A DNA stretch of 32,000 nucleotides from Mycolicibacterium smegmatis (GCF_001457595.1 NZ_LN831039.1:5340001-5372000); one strand, 5' to 3'. Counted from the stretch's first letter, positions 1-12,742 are shown. A program made the numbers and translations. Notes: generated from the letters alone by a model not told the origin.

Positions 1-978
1 GTCCGGGTAACCGAGGCAGGAGCGATGGCCGCGGGCCGCTGGGTTGGCCGCGGCGACAAGGAAGGCGGCGACGGTGCGGCCGTCGACGCCATGCGTGAAC
101 TGGTCAACTCGGTGTCGATGCGCGGCGTCGTGGTGATCGGTGAGGGCGAGAAGGACAACGCCCCGATGCTCTACAACGGCGAAGAGGTGGGCAACGGCGA
201 CGGGCCGGAGTGCGACTTCGCCGTCGACCCGATCGACGGCACCACGCTGATGAGCAAGGGTATGCCCAACGCCATCTCGGTTCTCGCGGTCGCCGAGCGC
301 GGTGCGATGTTCGACCCGTCGGCGGTGTTCTACATGAACAAGATCGCCGCGGGTCCCGACGTCGCCGACTTCATCGACATCACCTCGCCGATCGCGGCCA
401 ACATCCAGCGCATCGCCAAGATGCGCAAGGCCTCGGTCTCCGACATCACCGTCTGCATCCTGGACCGCCCGCGCCACGCCAAGCTGATCGCCGACGTCCG
501 CGCGGCCGGCGCACGGATCCGGCTGATCTCCGACGGCGACGTCGCCGGTGCGATCTCGGCGTGCCGCCCCGATTCGGGCACCGACCTGCTCGCGGGCATC
601 GGCGGCACGCCCGAGGGCATCATCACCGCCGCGGCGATCCGCTGCATGGGCGGCGAGATCCAGGCGACCCTGGCCCCCACCGACGACGAGGAGCGCCAGA
701 AGGCCATCGACCGCGGCCACGACCTGGACCGGGTGCTCACCACCAAGGACCTGGTGTCGGGTGAGAACGTGTTCTTCTGCGCCACCGGCGTCACCGACGG
801 GGACCTGCTCAAAGGGGTGCGGTTCTTCGGCGGCGGGTGCACCACCCAGTCGATCGTCATGCGCTCGAAGTCGGGCACGGTCCGGATGATCGAGGCCTAC
901 CACCGGTTGTCCAAGCTCAACGAATACTCCGCGATCAATTTCACCGGCGACAGCTCTGCCGCCTATCCCCTGCCGTAA
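1..978 (+). CDS. glpX: Fructose-1,6-bisphosphatase class II (GlpX), 5' end cut by window edge
   Basis: Frame 1 is open from base 1 ([35 protein letters not shown]...), so the listed ORF 25..978 continues upstream. Sequence matches my memory of mycobacterial GlpX (Rv1099c). Stop TAA at 976-978. Confidence 0.93.
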   Translation, partial: VRVTEAGAMAAGRWVGRGDKEGGDGAAVDAMRELVNSVSMRGVVVIGEGEKDNAPMLYNGEEVGNGDGPECDFAVDPIDGTTLMSKGMPNAISVLAVAERGAMFDPSAVFYMNKIAAGPDVADFIDITSPIAANIQRIAKMRKASVSDITVCILDRPRHAKLIADVRAAGARIRLISDGDVAGAISACRPDSGTDLLAGIGGTPEGIITAAAIRCMGGEIQATLAPTDDEERQKAIDRGHDLDRVLTTKDLVSGENVFFCATGVTDGDLLKGVRFFGGGCTTQSIVMRSKSGTVRMIEAYHRLSKLNEYSAINFTGDSSAAYPLP

Positions 979-1009
979 CACACCAACAAACAAGGGACGC
1001 AACAGCACA

Positions 1010-2416
1010 ATGGCCGACACCGACGTCGAATACCGCATCGAACACGACACCATGGGTGAAGTCCGGGTACCCAAGGACGCCCTGTGGCGCGCGCAGACCC
1101 AGCGCGCGGTCGAGAACTTCCCCATCTCGTTCCGCGGCCTCGAGCGCACGCAGATCCGCGCGCTCGGTCTCCTGAAGGCCGCGTGCGCGCAGGTCAACAA
1201 GGACCTGGGCCTGCTGGACCCCGAGAAGGCCGACGCGATCATCGCCGCCGCGGGTGAGATCGCCGACGGCAAGCACGACGACCAGTTCCCCATCGACGTG
1301 TTCCAGACCGGCTCGGGCACGAGCTCGAACATGAACACCAACGAGGTGATCGCGTCGATCGCGGCAGCCAACGGTGTGACGGTGCACCCGAACGACCACG
1401 TGAACATGTCGCAGAGCTCCAACGACACCTTCCCCACCGCGACCCACATCGCGGCCACGGAAGCCGCTGTGCGCCATCTGATCCCGGCGCTGGAGGTCCT
1501 GCACGCATCGCTGGCCGCCAAGGCCAAGCAGTGGCGCACCGTCGTCAAGTCCGGCCGCACGCACCTCATGGACGCCGTGCCCGTCACGCTCGGGCAGGAG
1601 TTCGGCGGCTATGCGCGCCAGATCGAGGCAGGCATCGAACGCGTCAAGGCCACGCTGCCACGTCTCGGTGAACTCGCGATCGGCGGCACCGCCGTCGGCA
1701 CCGGCCTCAACGCGCCGGAAGGCTTCGGCGCCAAGGTCGTCGAGGTGCTCGTCAACGAGACCGGCCTGGCCGAGTTGCGCACCGCCGTCGATTCGTTCGA
1801 GGCGCAGGCCGCGCGCGACGGGCTGGTCGAGGCCTCCGGTGCGCTGCGCACCATCGCGGTGTCGCTCACCAAGATCGCCAACGACATCCGCTGGATGGGC
1901 TCGGGCCCGCTGACCGGCCTGGCCGAGATCCAGCTGCCGGACCTGCAGCCGGGCAGCTCGATCATGCCGGGCAAGGTCAACCCCGTCCTGCCCGAGGCCG
2001 TCACGCAGGTGGCCTGCCAGGTGGTCGGCAACGACGCGGCGATCGCGTTCGGCGGTGCGTCGGGCGCCTTCGAGCTCAACGTGTACATCCCGATGATGGC
2101 GCGCAACCTGCTCGAGTCGTTCACGTTGCTGTCCAACGTGTCCCGGCTGTTCGCCGAGCGCTGCATCGACGGCCTGGTGGCCAACGAGGAGCGCCTGCGG
2201 GAGCTCGCCGAGTCCTCGCCGTCGATCGTGACGCCGCTGAACTCGGCGATCGGTTACGAAGAGGCCGCCAAGGTCGCCAAGCAGGCTCTCGCGGAGAAGA
2301 AGACCATCCGCCAGACCGTGATCGACCGTGGCCTCATCGGCGACAAGCTGAGCCTCGAGGAACTCGACCGTCGTCTCGACGTGCTCGCCATGGCGCGGGT
2401 CAAGGACGGCGAGTAG
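1010..2416 (+). CDS. fumC: Class II fumarate hydratase
   Basis: 468 aa, ATG at 1010. Carries the fumarase/aspartase signature [11 protein letters not shown]. Collinear with Rv1098c and follows glpX by 31 nt. Confidence 0.96.
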   Translation: MADTDVEYRIEHDTMGEVRVPKDALWRAQTQRAVENFPISFRGLERTQIRALGLLKAACAQVNKDLGLLDPEKADAIIAAAGEIADGKHDDQFPIDVFQTGSGTSSNMNTNEVIASIAAANGVTVHPNDHVNMSQSSNDTFPTATHIAATEAAVRHLIPALEVLHASLAAKAKQWRTVVKSGRTHLMDAVPVTLGQEFGGYARQIEAGIERVKATLPRLGELAIGGTAVGTGLNAPEGFGAKVVEVLVNETGLAELRTAVDSFEAQAARDGLVEASGALRTIAVSLTKIANDIRWMGSGPLTGLAEIQLPDLQPGSSIMPGKVNPVLPEAVTQVACQVVGNDAAIAFGGASGAFELNVYIPMMARNLLESFTLLSNVSRLFAERCIDGLVANEERLRELAESSPSIVTPLNSAIGYEEAAKVAKQALAEKKTIRQTVIDRGLIGDKLSLEELDRRLDVLAMARVKDGE

Positions 2417-2438
2417 GGGTCACCTTCCTCTCGCGACT

Positions 2439-5624
<3,186 letters not shown>

Positions 5625-5628
<4 letters not shown>

Positions 5629-6068
5629 GAGGCGTCGGCGGTGGGCTCGGGGCCGAAGCGAAAGCGCCGCCCGGTGATCTGCGTGGGCAGCACCCGGACC
5701 CAGTGCGTCTTGGCGGTGGCGGTCCACGGCAGCAACTCGGCCCGCTGCGCCTCGGCGAGGTCGGCCTCGTCGCGCACGGTCCTGGCGACGCCCCGGACGA
5801 TGACGCTCCACCCCTGTTCGACGTCGTGGTCGTCCGCCTCGAACAGCACGTTGTTGTTGATGGCCGCGCTGACCAGCTTGGTGCCCTCCGCGGTGCGGAA
5901 CAGCACGGTGCGGTTCTGCACCACGAAGTTGATCGGGAAGATGTGCGACGTGTTGTCCACCGTGGTGACGATGCGTCCGAGCGCGACGCTCTTCAACAGG
6001 TCCCAGCACTCGGTCGCCGACAGGATCGTGACCGCGTCACCGGCCGTCGTGGTGATCTGATCGCTCAT
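5625..6068 (-). CDS. Pyridoxamine-5'-phosphate-oxidase-fold flavin-binding protein (Fsq-like)
   Basis: 147 aa split-barrel PPOX-like sequence (ECWDLLKSVALGRIVTT...FPINFVV...). From memory, a DosR-regulated FAD-sequestering protein occupies this position between devR and devS in M. smegmatis. Confidence 0.8.
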
Positions 6069-6075
6069 GGATCTG

Positions 6076-6081
6076 ACGCTA
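6076..6081 (-). promoter_or_regulatory. Candidate -10 hexamer (TAGCGT) for a leaderless Fsq-like/tgs transcript
   Basis: The minus strand reads TAGCGT cagatcc ATG, so the hexamer lies 7 nt from the start codon. Confidence 0.3.
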
Positions 6082-6123
6082 TGGCTCGATGGCCCGGGTC
6101 TCTACGGGCGAAGTCCCCGATCC

Positions 6124-6143
6124 GAAGGGACCAAAGGCCCTAG
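6124..6143 (-). promoter_or_regulatory. DosR-box-like palindrome between devR and the Fsq-like gene
   Basis: GAAGGGACCAAAGGCCCTAG has the core GGGAC-CAAA-GGCCC versus consensus GGGAC-TWWA-GTCCC. It overlaps the devR stop codon (6140-6142) and lies 56-75 nt upstream of ATG 6068. Confidence 0.45.
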
Positions 6144-6775
6144 TTGCGCCGGTCCAGTTTGGACGCGAACACCGCGGCCTGCGTGCGACGCTCCATGCCG
6201 AGCTTCGCCAGGAGCCTCGACACGTAGTTCTTGACGGTCTTCTCGGCCAGGAACATGCGCGCCGCGATCTGTTTGTTGGTCAGGCCCTCTCCCAGCAGGT
6301 CGAGCAGCACACGCTCCTGCTGGGTGAGGCCCGAGAGCGGATCGGAGCGTTCGGCGTCGCCGCGCAGTTTGGACATCAGCGCGGTGGCCGCGCGGTTGTC
6401 CAGCAGGGACTTGCCCGCGCCGACGTCCTTGATGGCCTGCGCGAGTTCCATGCCCTTGATGTCCTTGACCACGTATCCGCTCGCGCCCGCGAGGATCGCG
6501 TCGAGCATCGCCTCGTCGGAGGTGAACGACGTGAGCATCAGGCAGCGCAGATTCGGCATGTGCGACAACAGGTCCCGGCACAGCTCGATGCCGTTGCCGT
6601 CGGGCAGCCGCACGTCGAGCACCGCGACATCCGGCTGCGCCGCGGGGATGCGCGCGAGCGCCTGCGACACCGAATCGGCCTCGCCGATGACGTCCAGTTC
6701 GGGATCGGCGCTCAGCAGGTCGATGAGCCCGCGGCGCACCACCTCGTGGTCGTCGACCAGAAAAACCCTGATCAT
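6140..6775 (-). CDS. devR: Dormancy response regulator DevR/DosR (NarL/LuxR family)
   Basis: [17 protein letters not shown]...[17 protein letters not shown]...[38 protein letters not shown] is near-identical to M. tuberculosis DevR. ATG 6775 matches the DevR N-terminus. The 23-codon extension in the ORF track overlaps the USP gene end. Confidence 0.93.
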   Translation of the reverse strand: MIRVFLVDDHEVVRRGLIDLLSADPELDVIGEADSVSQALARIPAAQPDVAVLDVRLPDGNGIELCRDLLSHMPNLRCLMLTSFTSDEAMLDAILAGASGYVVKDIKGMELAQAIKDVGAGKSLLDNRAATALMSKLRGDAERSDPLSGLTQQERVLLDLLGEGLTNKQIAARMFLAEKTVKNYVSRLLAKLGMERRTQAAVFASKLDRRN

Positions 6776-6785
6776 CTCCCGAGTC

Positions 6786-7628
6786 TCACAAGCGCTGCTG
6801 CCGATCGCAAGTGAGCAGTGAGCACCCGGCGTCGACGAGCGCACCCAGAGCCGCGGGGTCCGTGACGTCCCCGGCCCGGTTGAAACGTTCCGCGCCGACG
6901 ACGATGAGTTGCACGGTCTGCGGGTTCGCCGCGACGTAGTCGGCCGTGTTGCCGTGGTCGGTGATGAGCTCGAGATCGAGTTCGGGATACCGCTTGCGGT
7001 AGCGGGTCATGCGCCGGTCGAGCTGGGACTGGGCCAGCCGGTTGCGCTCCTCGGCGACCTTCTCCTCGTACAGTTCGCGATGGCGGTGCTGCCACGTCGT
7101 CATCACCGAAAGCGGTGCGTCACGCAGGCGGGCCTCGTCGACACCGGTCTGCAGCGCGGTGCTCGCCGAGGGCCTGCCGTCGAACTCGACCAGGATGCGC
7201 CTGCCCTTGCCCGGCGTCGCGACCACGGCCACGGGGCACTGCGCGGATCTCAGGACCGCGCTCGCCACCGAACCGATGCCGCCGCGACCGGCCTGTGTGA
7301 GACCGCTGGCCCCCACGCACAGCAGCGGGGTGTTCTGTGATGCGGCGATCAGCGCCTCGATCGGCTTGTCCTGCACCACTTCCAGCTCGATCTGGACGGG
7401 CTGCTCGGTGGACTCCACCGCGACGCAGGCCTGCCGGATCGCGACTTCGGCGGTGGCCAGCGCGCGTGCCGAGTTCTCGTGGTCGGCGCCGTTGTCGTCG
7501 GGGTGGACGGCATAGATCAGGCGCAGCGGGACACCGCGGCTCAGCGCCTCCTTGACCGCCCAGATGGCGGCGTCCACGGCGGGTTGCGATCCGTCGATTC
7601 CGACGATCACGGGGCGTGCGATCGACAT
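6786..7628 (-). CDS. Tandem-domain universal stress protein
   Basis: 280 aa with two USP halves ([15 protein letters not shown]..., [12 protein letters not shown]...). ATG at 7626-7628 is preceded by GAGGAG 5 nt upstream. Its position upstream of devR resembles Rv3134c. Confidence 0.88.
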   Translation of the reverse strand: MSIARPVIVGIDGSQPAVDAAIWAVKEALSRGVPLRLIYAVHPDDNGADHENSARALATAEVAIRQACVAVESTEQPVQIELEVVQDKPIEALIAASQNTPLLCVGASGLTQAGRGGIGSVASAVLRSAQCPVAVVATPGKGRRILVEFDGRPSASTALQTGVDEARLRDAPLSVMTTWQHRHRELYEEKVAEERNRLAQSQLDRRMTRYRKRYPELDLELITDHGNTADYVAANPQTVQLIVVGAERFNRAGDVTDPAALGALVDAGCSLLTCDRQQRL

Positions 7629-7629
7629 G

Positions 7630-8619
7630 TCAACTCCTCGGGCGAACTTCGAGAAATGCGTCGACGGGGCGACGCGGGGTGGGCGGCGGCACCTCGTCGA
7701 GTGCGGGGGCCAGGCCGATGCGGACGAGAACCTGGGGGCAGGCGTCGCGCACGATGAGCCTGCCGATGATGTCGCGGCTGGTGTGCAGTTCGGTCACGTG
7801 CGTCACCGGGCACGTCGCAAGGCCTGACATGGTGCATTCCAGCAGTACCTTCGACAGGCCCTCACCGGCATCGAGGGCGTCCTCGCGGCTGTAGCCGTCG
7901 GTCGAGAGCACCACGATGGTCGCGGCATCGTTGTTGAGCGCCGGTCGCCTGCTGCTGTGCGGGGCGACCGGGAAGTCGCGGGACACCGCGACGCGTTCGC
8001 TTTCCTCCGCGGAGATCAGCGCCGTCTGCGGAATTCCGTCTTCGGTCGCGAACGGTGTTGTCCACCAGGCGAGTTCGGAATGGTAGGCGGCGTCGTAGAG
8101 CCGCAGCGACTCGGTCAGCGCGGCGGCCTCGGCCACCTCCTCGCGCACGACCTCACCGAGGGTGTCCATGTGTACCGGCCCGTCGCCGAGGCGCGCACGC
8201 AGCAGCGTCTCGAACGCGTCCCAGTCGACGTAGGCCGACATCGGCAGCCGGTCGGTGCGCCTCGCGAGGATGGCGTCGGCGCGCTTGCGGTGCCCTTCGG
8301 TGACGAACTGCAGCGGCCGGAAACTCAACGTCGCCAGGTGATCCCGGTCGTTCGGGTTCGGGAACCGCTGCACCTCGGTGTCCCAGCCCGCCGCCGCGAG
8401 CGCGACACGCAGGTGGTCGAGCAGCACGCCGCAGCTCATCACGGCCTCGCGCGACGAACGGTCCGTCGAGCGCACCACCCGGCTGGGGTCGAGGAACAGC
8501 TTCAGCTCGCCGTCCTCGGCGATCAGGCGCCACGGCTGGGTGTTGTGCAGCGACGGGGCGCGCGCCGCGAGCTGCACGGCGTTGGCGAGGGTGGCAACGT
8601 CGAGCCTGGTGTCGGACAT
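7630..8619 (-). CDS. Acg-family putative NAD(P)H nitroreductase
   Basis: 329 aa with the APSLHNTQPWR motif typical of the DosR-regulon Acg/Rv3131/Rv3127 family. Its stop at 7630-7632 is 1 nt from the USP start. Confidence 0.88.
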   Translation of the reverse strand: MSDTRLDVATLANAVQLAARAPSLHNTQPWRLIAEDGELKLFLDPSRVVRSTDRSSREAVMSCGVLLDHLRVALAAAGWDTEVQRFPNPNDRDHLATLSFRPLQFVTEGHRKRADAILARRTDRLPMSAYVDWDAFETLLRARLGDGPVHMDTLGEVVREEVAEAAALTESLRLYDAAYHSELAWWTTPFATEDGIPQTALISAEESERVAVSRDFPVAPHSSRRPALNNDAATIVVLSTDGYSREDALDAGEGLSKVLLECTMSGLATCPVTHVTELHTSRDIIGRLIVRDACPQVLVRIGLAPALDEVPPPTPRRPVDAFLEVRPRS

Positions 8620-8651
8620 GCTTCCAGCCTCGTCGCGCGAGGGCCCAACGG

Positions 8652-8671
8652 TTAGGGTCTTTGGTCCTCAC
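8652..8671 (-). promoter_or_regulatory. DosR-box-like palindrome upstream of the nitroreductase-USP-devR operon
   Basis: Plus strand reads TTAGGGTCTTTGGTCCTCAC, which is 15/20 to the remembered M. tuberculosis consensus TTSGGGACTWWAGTCCCSAA. The minus-strand reading GTGAGGACCAAAGACCCTAA shares the core GGACCAAAGNCCCTA with the site at 6124-6143. Confidence 0.5.
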
Positions 8672-8679
8672 CTGGATGC

Positions 8680-8699
8680 GACACCGGTCTCACGGTGTC
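8680..8699 (-). terminator. Hairpin downstream of phoH2 (possible intrinsic terminator without U-tract)
   Basis: GACACCG-gtctca-CGGTGTC, a perfect 7-bp stem with 6-nt loop, 40 nt after the phoH2 stop and just upstream of the DosR box. Confidence 0.3.
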
Positions 8700-8738
8700 A
8701 CACACCGTTGTTCGCGCCACCCCCGCCTGTGTCGAGCA

Positions 8739-10052
8739 TCAGGGCAGGGCGCCGGGGCTGATCTCCTCGAGCATCTCGGTGACCAGCGCGGCGATCGGCG
8801 AGCGTTCGCTGCGCTGCAACGTCACGTGGGCGAACAGCGGGTGCCCCTTGAGCTTCTCGATCACCGCGGCCACGCCGTCGTGGCGTCCCACCCGCAGGTT
8901 GTCGCGCTGGGCGACGTCGTGGGTGAGCACCACGCGCGACCCGGCGCCCAGCCGGGACAGCACGGTCAGCAGCACGTTGCGTTCGAGCGACTGCGCCTCG
9001 TCGACGATCACGAACGAGTCGTGCAGAGAGCGCCCCCGGATGTGGGTCAGGGGCAGCACTTCGAGCATTCCGCGGGAGAGCACCTCGTCGAGCACCGCGG
9101 GGCTCGCCAGCCCTTCGAGGGTGTCGAACACCGCCTGCGCCCACGGGCCCATCTTCTCGCTCTCGCTACCGGGCAGGTAGCCGAGATCCTGACCACCCAC
9201 GGCATACAGCGGGCGGAACACCACGACCTTGCGCTGCGTGCGGCGCTCCAGCACGGCCTCCAGGCCCGCGCACAGCGCGAGCGCCGACTTGCCGGTGCCG
9301 GCCTTGCCGCCCAGCGACACGATGCCGACGGACTCGTCGAGCAGCAGGTCGAGGGCGACGCGCTGTTCGGCTGACCTTCCCCGGAGGCCGAACACTTCGC
9401 GATCACCACGGACCAGCTGCACCTTCTTGGCCGCGTTCACCCGTCCCAGCGCGTGCGAGGTGCCACCGAGCAACCGAATGCCGGTGTGGCACGGCAAATC
9501 TCGCGCCTCGGCCAGGTCGATCTCACCGTCGGCGAACAGCGTGTCGATGTCCTCGCCTGCGACGTCCATCTCGGTCATGCCCGTCCACCCGGACACTACG
9601 ACGTCCTGTGCGTGGTACTCGTCGGCCGCCAGGCCCACCGCACCGGCCTTGACGCGCAGCGGGATGTCCTTGCTCACCAACGTGACGTGCTTACCCTCGG
9701 CGGCGAGATTGGCCGCGACCGTGAGGATCCTGGCGTCGTTGCTGTCGTTGCGGAACCCGGCGGGCAGCACCGACGGGTCGCTGTGGTTCAGCTCGACGTG
9801 CAGTGTGCCGCCGCGTGTTCCGACCGGGACCGGTTGGTCCAGGCGGCCGTGTTCGAGTCGCATGTCGTCGAACATCCGCAAGGCCTGCCGCGCGAACCAG
9901 CCGAGTTCATGATGGTGCCGTTTGGCCTCCAACTCACTGATGACGACCAGCGGGACCACCACCTCGTGCTCGGCGAACCGGGTGCATGCCCAGGGATCTG
10001 ACAGCAACACCGAGGTGTCGAGCACATAGGTACGGACAGCTTGCTCAGTCAC
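8739..10052 (-). CDS. phoH2: PhoH2: N-terminal PIN RNase domain fused to PhoH-type ATPase/helicase
   Basis: PIN start [12 protein letters not shown] and Walker [13 protein letters not shown]. Collinear with Rv1095. GTG start at 10052 has GGAG 6 nt upstream. Confidence 0.92.
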   Translation of the reverse strand: MTEQAVRTYVLDTSVLLSDPWACTRFAEHEVVVPLVVISELEAKRHHHELGWFARQALRMFDDMRLEHGRLDQPVPVGTRGGTLHVELNHSDPSVLPAGFRNDSNDARILTVAANLAAEGKHVTLVSKDIPLRVKAGAVGLAADEYHAQDVVVSGWTGMTEMDVAGEDIDTLFADGEIDLAEARDLPCHTGIRLLGGTSHALGRVNAAKKVQLVRGDREVFGLRGRSAEQRVALDLLLDESVGIVSLGGKAGTGKSALALCAGLEAVLERRTQRKVVVFRPLYAVGGQDLGYLPGSESEKMGPWAQAVFDTLEGLASPAVLDEVLSRGMLEVLPLTHIRGRSLHDSFVIVDEAQSLERNVLLTVLSRLGAGSRVVLTHDVAQRDNLRVGRHDGVAAVIEKLKGHPLFAHVTLQRSERSPIAALVTEMLEEISPGALP

Positions 10053-10191
10053 GTGGCGCTCCTAGGGGAACGGCGCTCTTCATGCGGCCCCACACGAATT
10101 GCTCGGTGGACACTGCGGCAGGACCGGGGCCGGTCCTTTCGTGATCGAAACGATCGGTACCGCCCGGACAGCAGAGCAGGTCGCTAGCCAT
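10045..10191 (-). CDS. Candidate small ORF (48 aa) overlapping the phoH2 start; phoAT-like
   Basis: Hand translation gives [48 protein letters not shown]. The ATG at 10189-10191 is the first start after an in-frame TAA (10261-10263). The stop TGA (10045-10047) lies inside GTGACTGA of the phoH2 start. A TAGCGT hexamer (10200-10205) sits 8 nt upstream of the ATG. Third-position GC is only about two thirds by hand count, so coding status is uncertain. Confidence 0.35.
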   Translation of the reverse strand: MASDLLCCPGGTDRFDHERTGPGPAAVSTEQFVWGRMKSAVPLGAPRD

Positions 10192-10199
10192 CGACTTCG

Positions 10200-10205
10200 A
10201 CGCTA
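10200..10205 (-). promoter_or_regulatory. Candidate -10 hexamer (TAGCGT) upstream of the phoAT-like ORF
   Basis: The minus strand reads TAGCGT cgaagtcg ATG, giving 8-nt spacing. Confidence 0.3.
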
Positions 10206-10263
10206 CTACCGCTACCGCACCGTTGCTTGCTGCCGCGCCGCGTGTTGGACGGCTTACGCGTTA

Positions 10264-10286
10264 CGCGCGGATGAACTTTCCGCGCG
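10264..10286 (-). terminator. GC-rich hairpin downstream of desA2
   Basis: CGCGCGG-atgaacttt-CCGCGCG, a 7-bp stem with 9-nt loop, about 70 nt after the desA2 stop. No U-tract. Confidence 0.3.
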
Positions 10287-10356
10287 CCCCAGCGACGTCC
10301 CGGTTACTGCCGTGACTGAGGTGACGGGTGTGACCACCAGCGCCACGAACCCGCAC

Positions 10357-11184
10357 TCAGGCCTGGACGAAGTCCTTCAGCGAAGCCTCGCCGGCCAGGC
10401 CCCATGCCGTGATGCGGTCGGAGATCACCTTCTGCAGCGCGGCCTTGTCGAAGATGCCCGCCTCGGCGACGTTGGCGACCTTGTCCTGGTACGGCGCGAT
10501 GTCGGCGCCGATCACGTCGAGGCCCGCCGCGCGGGCCGCGATGGCCTCGACGGTCTCGTCGCGGTGCTTGTCCAGCACGTAGCTGACGAGGTTGGAGAAG
10601 AACTCCTCGTGACGCTCCTCGTCGGTCGCGATGCGGCCCATCAGGCTCGCCAGGACCGGCTCGGTGATCTGCGCCTGCAGGTTGCGGCAGAACACGGCGT
10701 GCGAGCGCTCGAAGAACGCCATGAACACCAGCGTCTCGATCTGGCTGAAGCGGTCGGCGCGGTAGCCCTTCATGACGTGCTCGACGCGCACGTCCTCGTT
10801 GGCGGCCGGATCGATCTCGCGGGTCACCACCAGGTAGTTGCGCAGCGCGACGGCGTGCAGGTGCTCCTCAGCGGTCCAGCGGCCGAGGAAGCGGCCCCAC
10901 TGTTCTTCGAGGATGAAGTGCTCGACGAGCTCGCGGTGGTAGCCGGCGAGGTTGTCCTTGGTGATCAGGAGGATCTCCAAGGCGTCGGTGATGCTCTTGG
11001 GCAGCGTCACCTGCGACGGATCCCAGTCCGTGCCGCCGAGGAAGGCGAAGTTCTCGCCCTGGTCGAACGGCACGTAGTCGTGCGCGTACCAGAGGTCCTC
11101 GGAGTCGAGGTGACGGCGCATCTCGCCGGCCACGACGGGCTCGAGCTCGAGAGTCAGCGCATTAGGGACAGGTTTCTGTGCCAT
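10357..11184 (-). CDS. desA2: Acyl-ACP desaturase-like protein DesA2
   Basis: 275 aa with ferritin-like desaturase motifs (WTAEEHLH, DEERHEEFF). Collinear with Rv1094 between phoH2 and glyA. Confidence 0.9.
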   Translation of the reverse strand: MAQKPVPNALTLELEPVVAGEMRRHLDSEDLWYAHDYVPFDQGENFAFLGGTDWDPSQVTLPKSITDALEILLITKDNLAGYHRELVEHFILEEQWGRFLGRWTAEEHLHAVALRNYLVVTREIDPAANEDVRVEHVMKGYRADRFSQIETLVFMAFFERSHAVFCRNLQAQITEPVLASLMGRIATDEERHEEFFSNLVSYVLDKHRDETVEAIAARAAGLDVIGADIAPYQDKVANVAEAGIFDKAALQKVISDRITAWGLAGEASLKDFVQA

Positions 11185-11191
11185 GAAAGTA

Positions 11192-11197
11192 ACTGTA
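11192..11197 (-). promoter_or_regulatory. Candidate -10 hexamer (TACAGT) for leaderless desA2
   Basis: The minus strand reads TACAGT tactttc ATG, giving 7-nt spacing, inside an unusually AT-rich 45-nt patch. Confidence 0.35.
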
Positions 11198-11262
11198 ACC
11201 CGAGTTCACACGTTTCTCGAAATCGGGTCCGGCGTGTCCCCGCGTGATGCGTTGTGCGCAGC

Positions 11263-12735
11263 TCAGAGCGTCAGACCCGGGTACAGCGGGTTTGCCGAGA
11301 GCAGCTCCGACGACGCCGCGTGCACGCGCTCGGCGGTGCCGTCGGCCAGCTTGTACTTGGCCTTCGACGTCCCCTCGGGCTGCGTGTTGGCGAGCACCTC
11401 GACGATCAGTTCGGCGACGCGGTCGAAATCGTCGGCACCGAATCCACGGCTGGTGAGCGCGGGCGTACCGAGGCGGACGCCGCTGGTGTACCAGGCGCCG
11501 TTGGGGTCCGCGGGGATCGAGTTGCGGTTGGTGACGATGCCCGCGTCGAGCAGCGCCGACTCGGCCTGCCGGCCGGTGAGGCCGAACGACGTCACGTCGA
11601 GCAGCACGATGTGGTTGTCGGTGCCGCCGGTCACCAGGCCGGCGTCGCGCTTGACGAAACCGTCGGCCAGGGCCTGCGCGTTGTCGGCGACCTGCTGCGC
11701 GTACTGCTGGAACGCGGGCTGGCGCGCCTCGGCCAGCGCCACGGCCTTGGCGGCCATGACGTGGCTCAGCGGTCCGCCGAGCACCATCGGGCAGCCCTTG
11801 TCGACCGCGGGTGCGTACTCCTCGGTCGCGAGCACCATGCCGCCGCGCGGTCCGCGCAGCGACTTGTGCGTGGTCGTGGTGGTGACGTGCGCGTGCGGCA
11901 CCGGATCCTCGTCACCGGTGAACACCTTGCCCGCCACCAGACCCGCGAAGTGGGCCATGTCGACCATCAGCGTCGCGCCGACCTCGTCGGCGATCTCGCG
12001 CATCTTGGCGAAGTTGACGCGCCGCGGGTAGGCCGAGTAGCCGGCCACCAGCACCAGCGGCTTGAACTCGCGCGCGGCCGCGGCGACCGCGTCGTAGTCG
12101 AGGAACCCGGTCTCCGGGTTGGTGCCGTAGCTGCGCTGGTGGAACATCTTGCCGGAGATGTTGGGCCGGAAGCCGTGCGTGAGGTGCCCACCGGCGTCCA
12201 GCGACATCCCGAGCAGACGCTGGTTGCCCAGCTTGTTGCGCAGCGTCTCCCAGTCGGCCTCGGACAGGTCGTTGATGTGCTTGGCGCCGAAGTTGGCGAG
12301 CTCGGGGGCCTCGACACGCGTGGCCAGGATCGCCCAGAACGCGACCAGGTTGGCGTCGATGCCCGAGTGCGGCTGCACGTACGCGTAGGGGGCGCCGAAC
12401 AGTTCGCGTGCGTGCTCGGCCGCGACGCTCTCGACGGTGTCGACGTTCTGGCAGCCGGCGTAGAAGCGGTGCCCGATGGTGCCCTCGGCGTACTTGTCGG
12501 AGAACCACGTGCCCATGGTCAGCAGCACCGCGGGCGACGCGTAGTTCTCACTGGCGATGAGCTTCAGCGAATCGCGTTGGTCGGCAAGTTCTTTGCGTGT
12601 GGCCGCGGCGACCCGGGGCTCCACGGATTCGATGACCTGCAGCGCGGCCTGGTAGGCGGCGCTGGCCGTATCGGCATAGTCGGCCCCGTTAGCGGCGGGC
12701 ACCGAAGAGGAGTTGGACGACGGGTCTGCAGCCAT
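11263..12735 (-). CDS. glyA: Serine hydroxymethyltransferase (long-form)
   Basis: [13 protein letters not shown] and the PLP-lysine motif [14 protein letters not shown]. Start is ATG 12735 (MAADPSS...) or GTG 12741 two codons upstream. An internal GTG (VEPRV...) is also conceivable. Confidence 0.9.
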   Translation of the reverse strand: MAADPSSNSSSVPAANGADYADTASAAYQAALQVIESVEPRVAAATRKELADQRDSLKLIASENYASPAVLLTMGTWFSDKYAEGTIGHRFYAGCQNVDTVESVAAEHARELFGAPYAYVQPHSGIDANLVAFWAILATRVEAPELANFGAKHINDLSEADWETLRNKLGNQRLLGMSLDAGGHLTHGFRPNISGKMFHQRSYGTNPETGFLDYDAVAAAAREFKPLVLVAGYSAYPRRVNFAKMREIADEVGATLMVDMAHFAGLVAGKVFTGDEDPVPHAHVTTTTTHKSLRGPRGGMVLATEEYAPAVDKGCPMVLGGPLSHVMAAKAVALAEARQPAFQQYAQQVADNAQALADGFVKRDAGLVTGGTDNHIVLLDVTSFGLTGRQAESALLDAGIVTNRNSIPADPNGAWYTSGVRLGTPALTSRGFGADDFDRVAELIVEVLANTQPEGTSKAKYKLADGTAERVHAASSELLSANPLYPGLTL

Positions 12736-12742
12736 GGGCACA

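Noticed and set aside
6776-6844. Upstream extensions of ORF-track entries: devR to 6844, mca to 24378, Rv1083-like to 23557, hemolysin-III from 19828, Rv1081c-like from 24251, WS/DGAT to 6009
   Set aside because: Each extension overlaps a neighbouring gene or lacks homology. The internal starts reproduce the N-termini of the M. tuberculosis orthologues or sit behind good SD or coupling signals.
10120-10137. AGGACCGGGGCCGGTCCT as a third DosR box
   Set aside because: The GGAC and GTCC half-sites are 12 nt apart rather than the 8 nt of the consensus. It is retained only as a generic palindrome or hairpin.
10099-11247. 382-aa plus-strand ORF
   Set aside because: It is antisense to desA2, which has clear homology. 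It has no motifs and is a shadow ORF.
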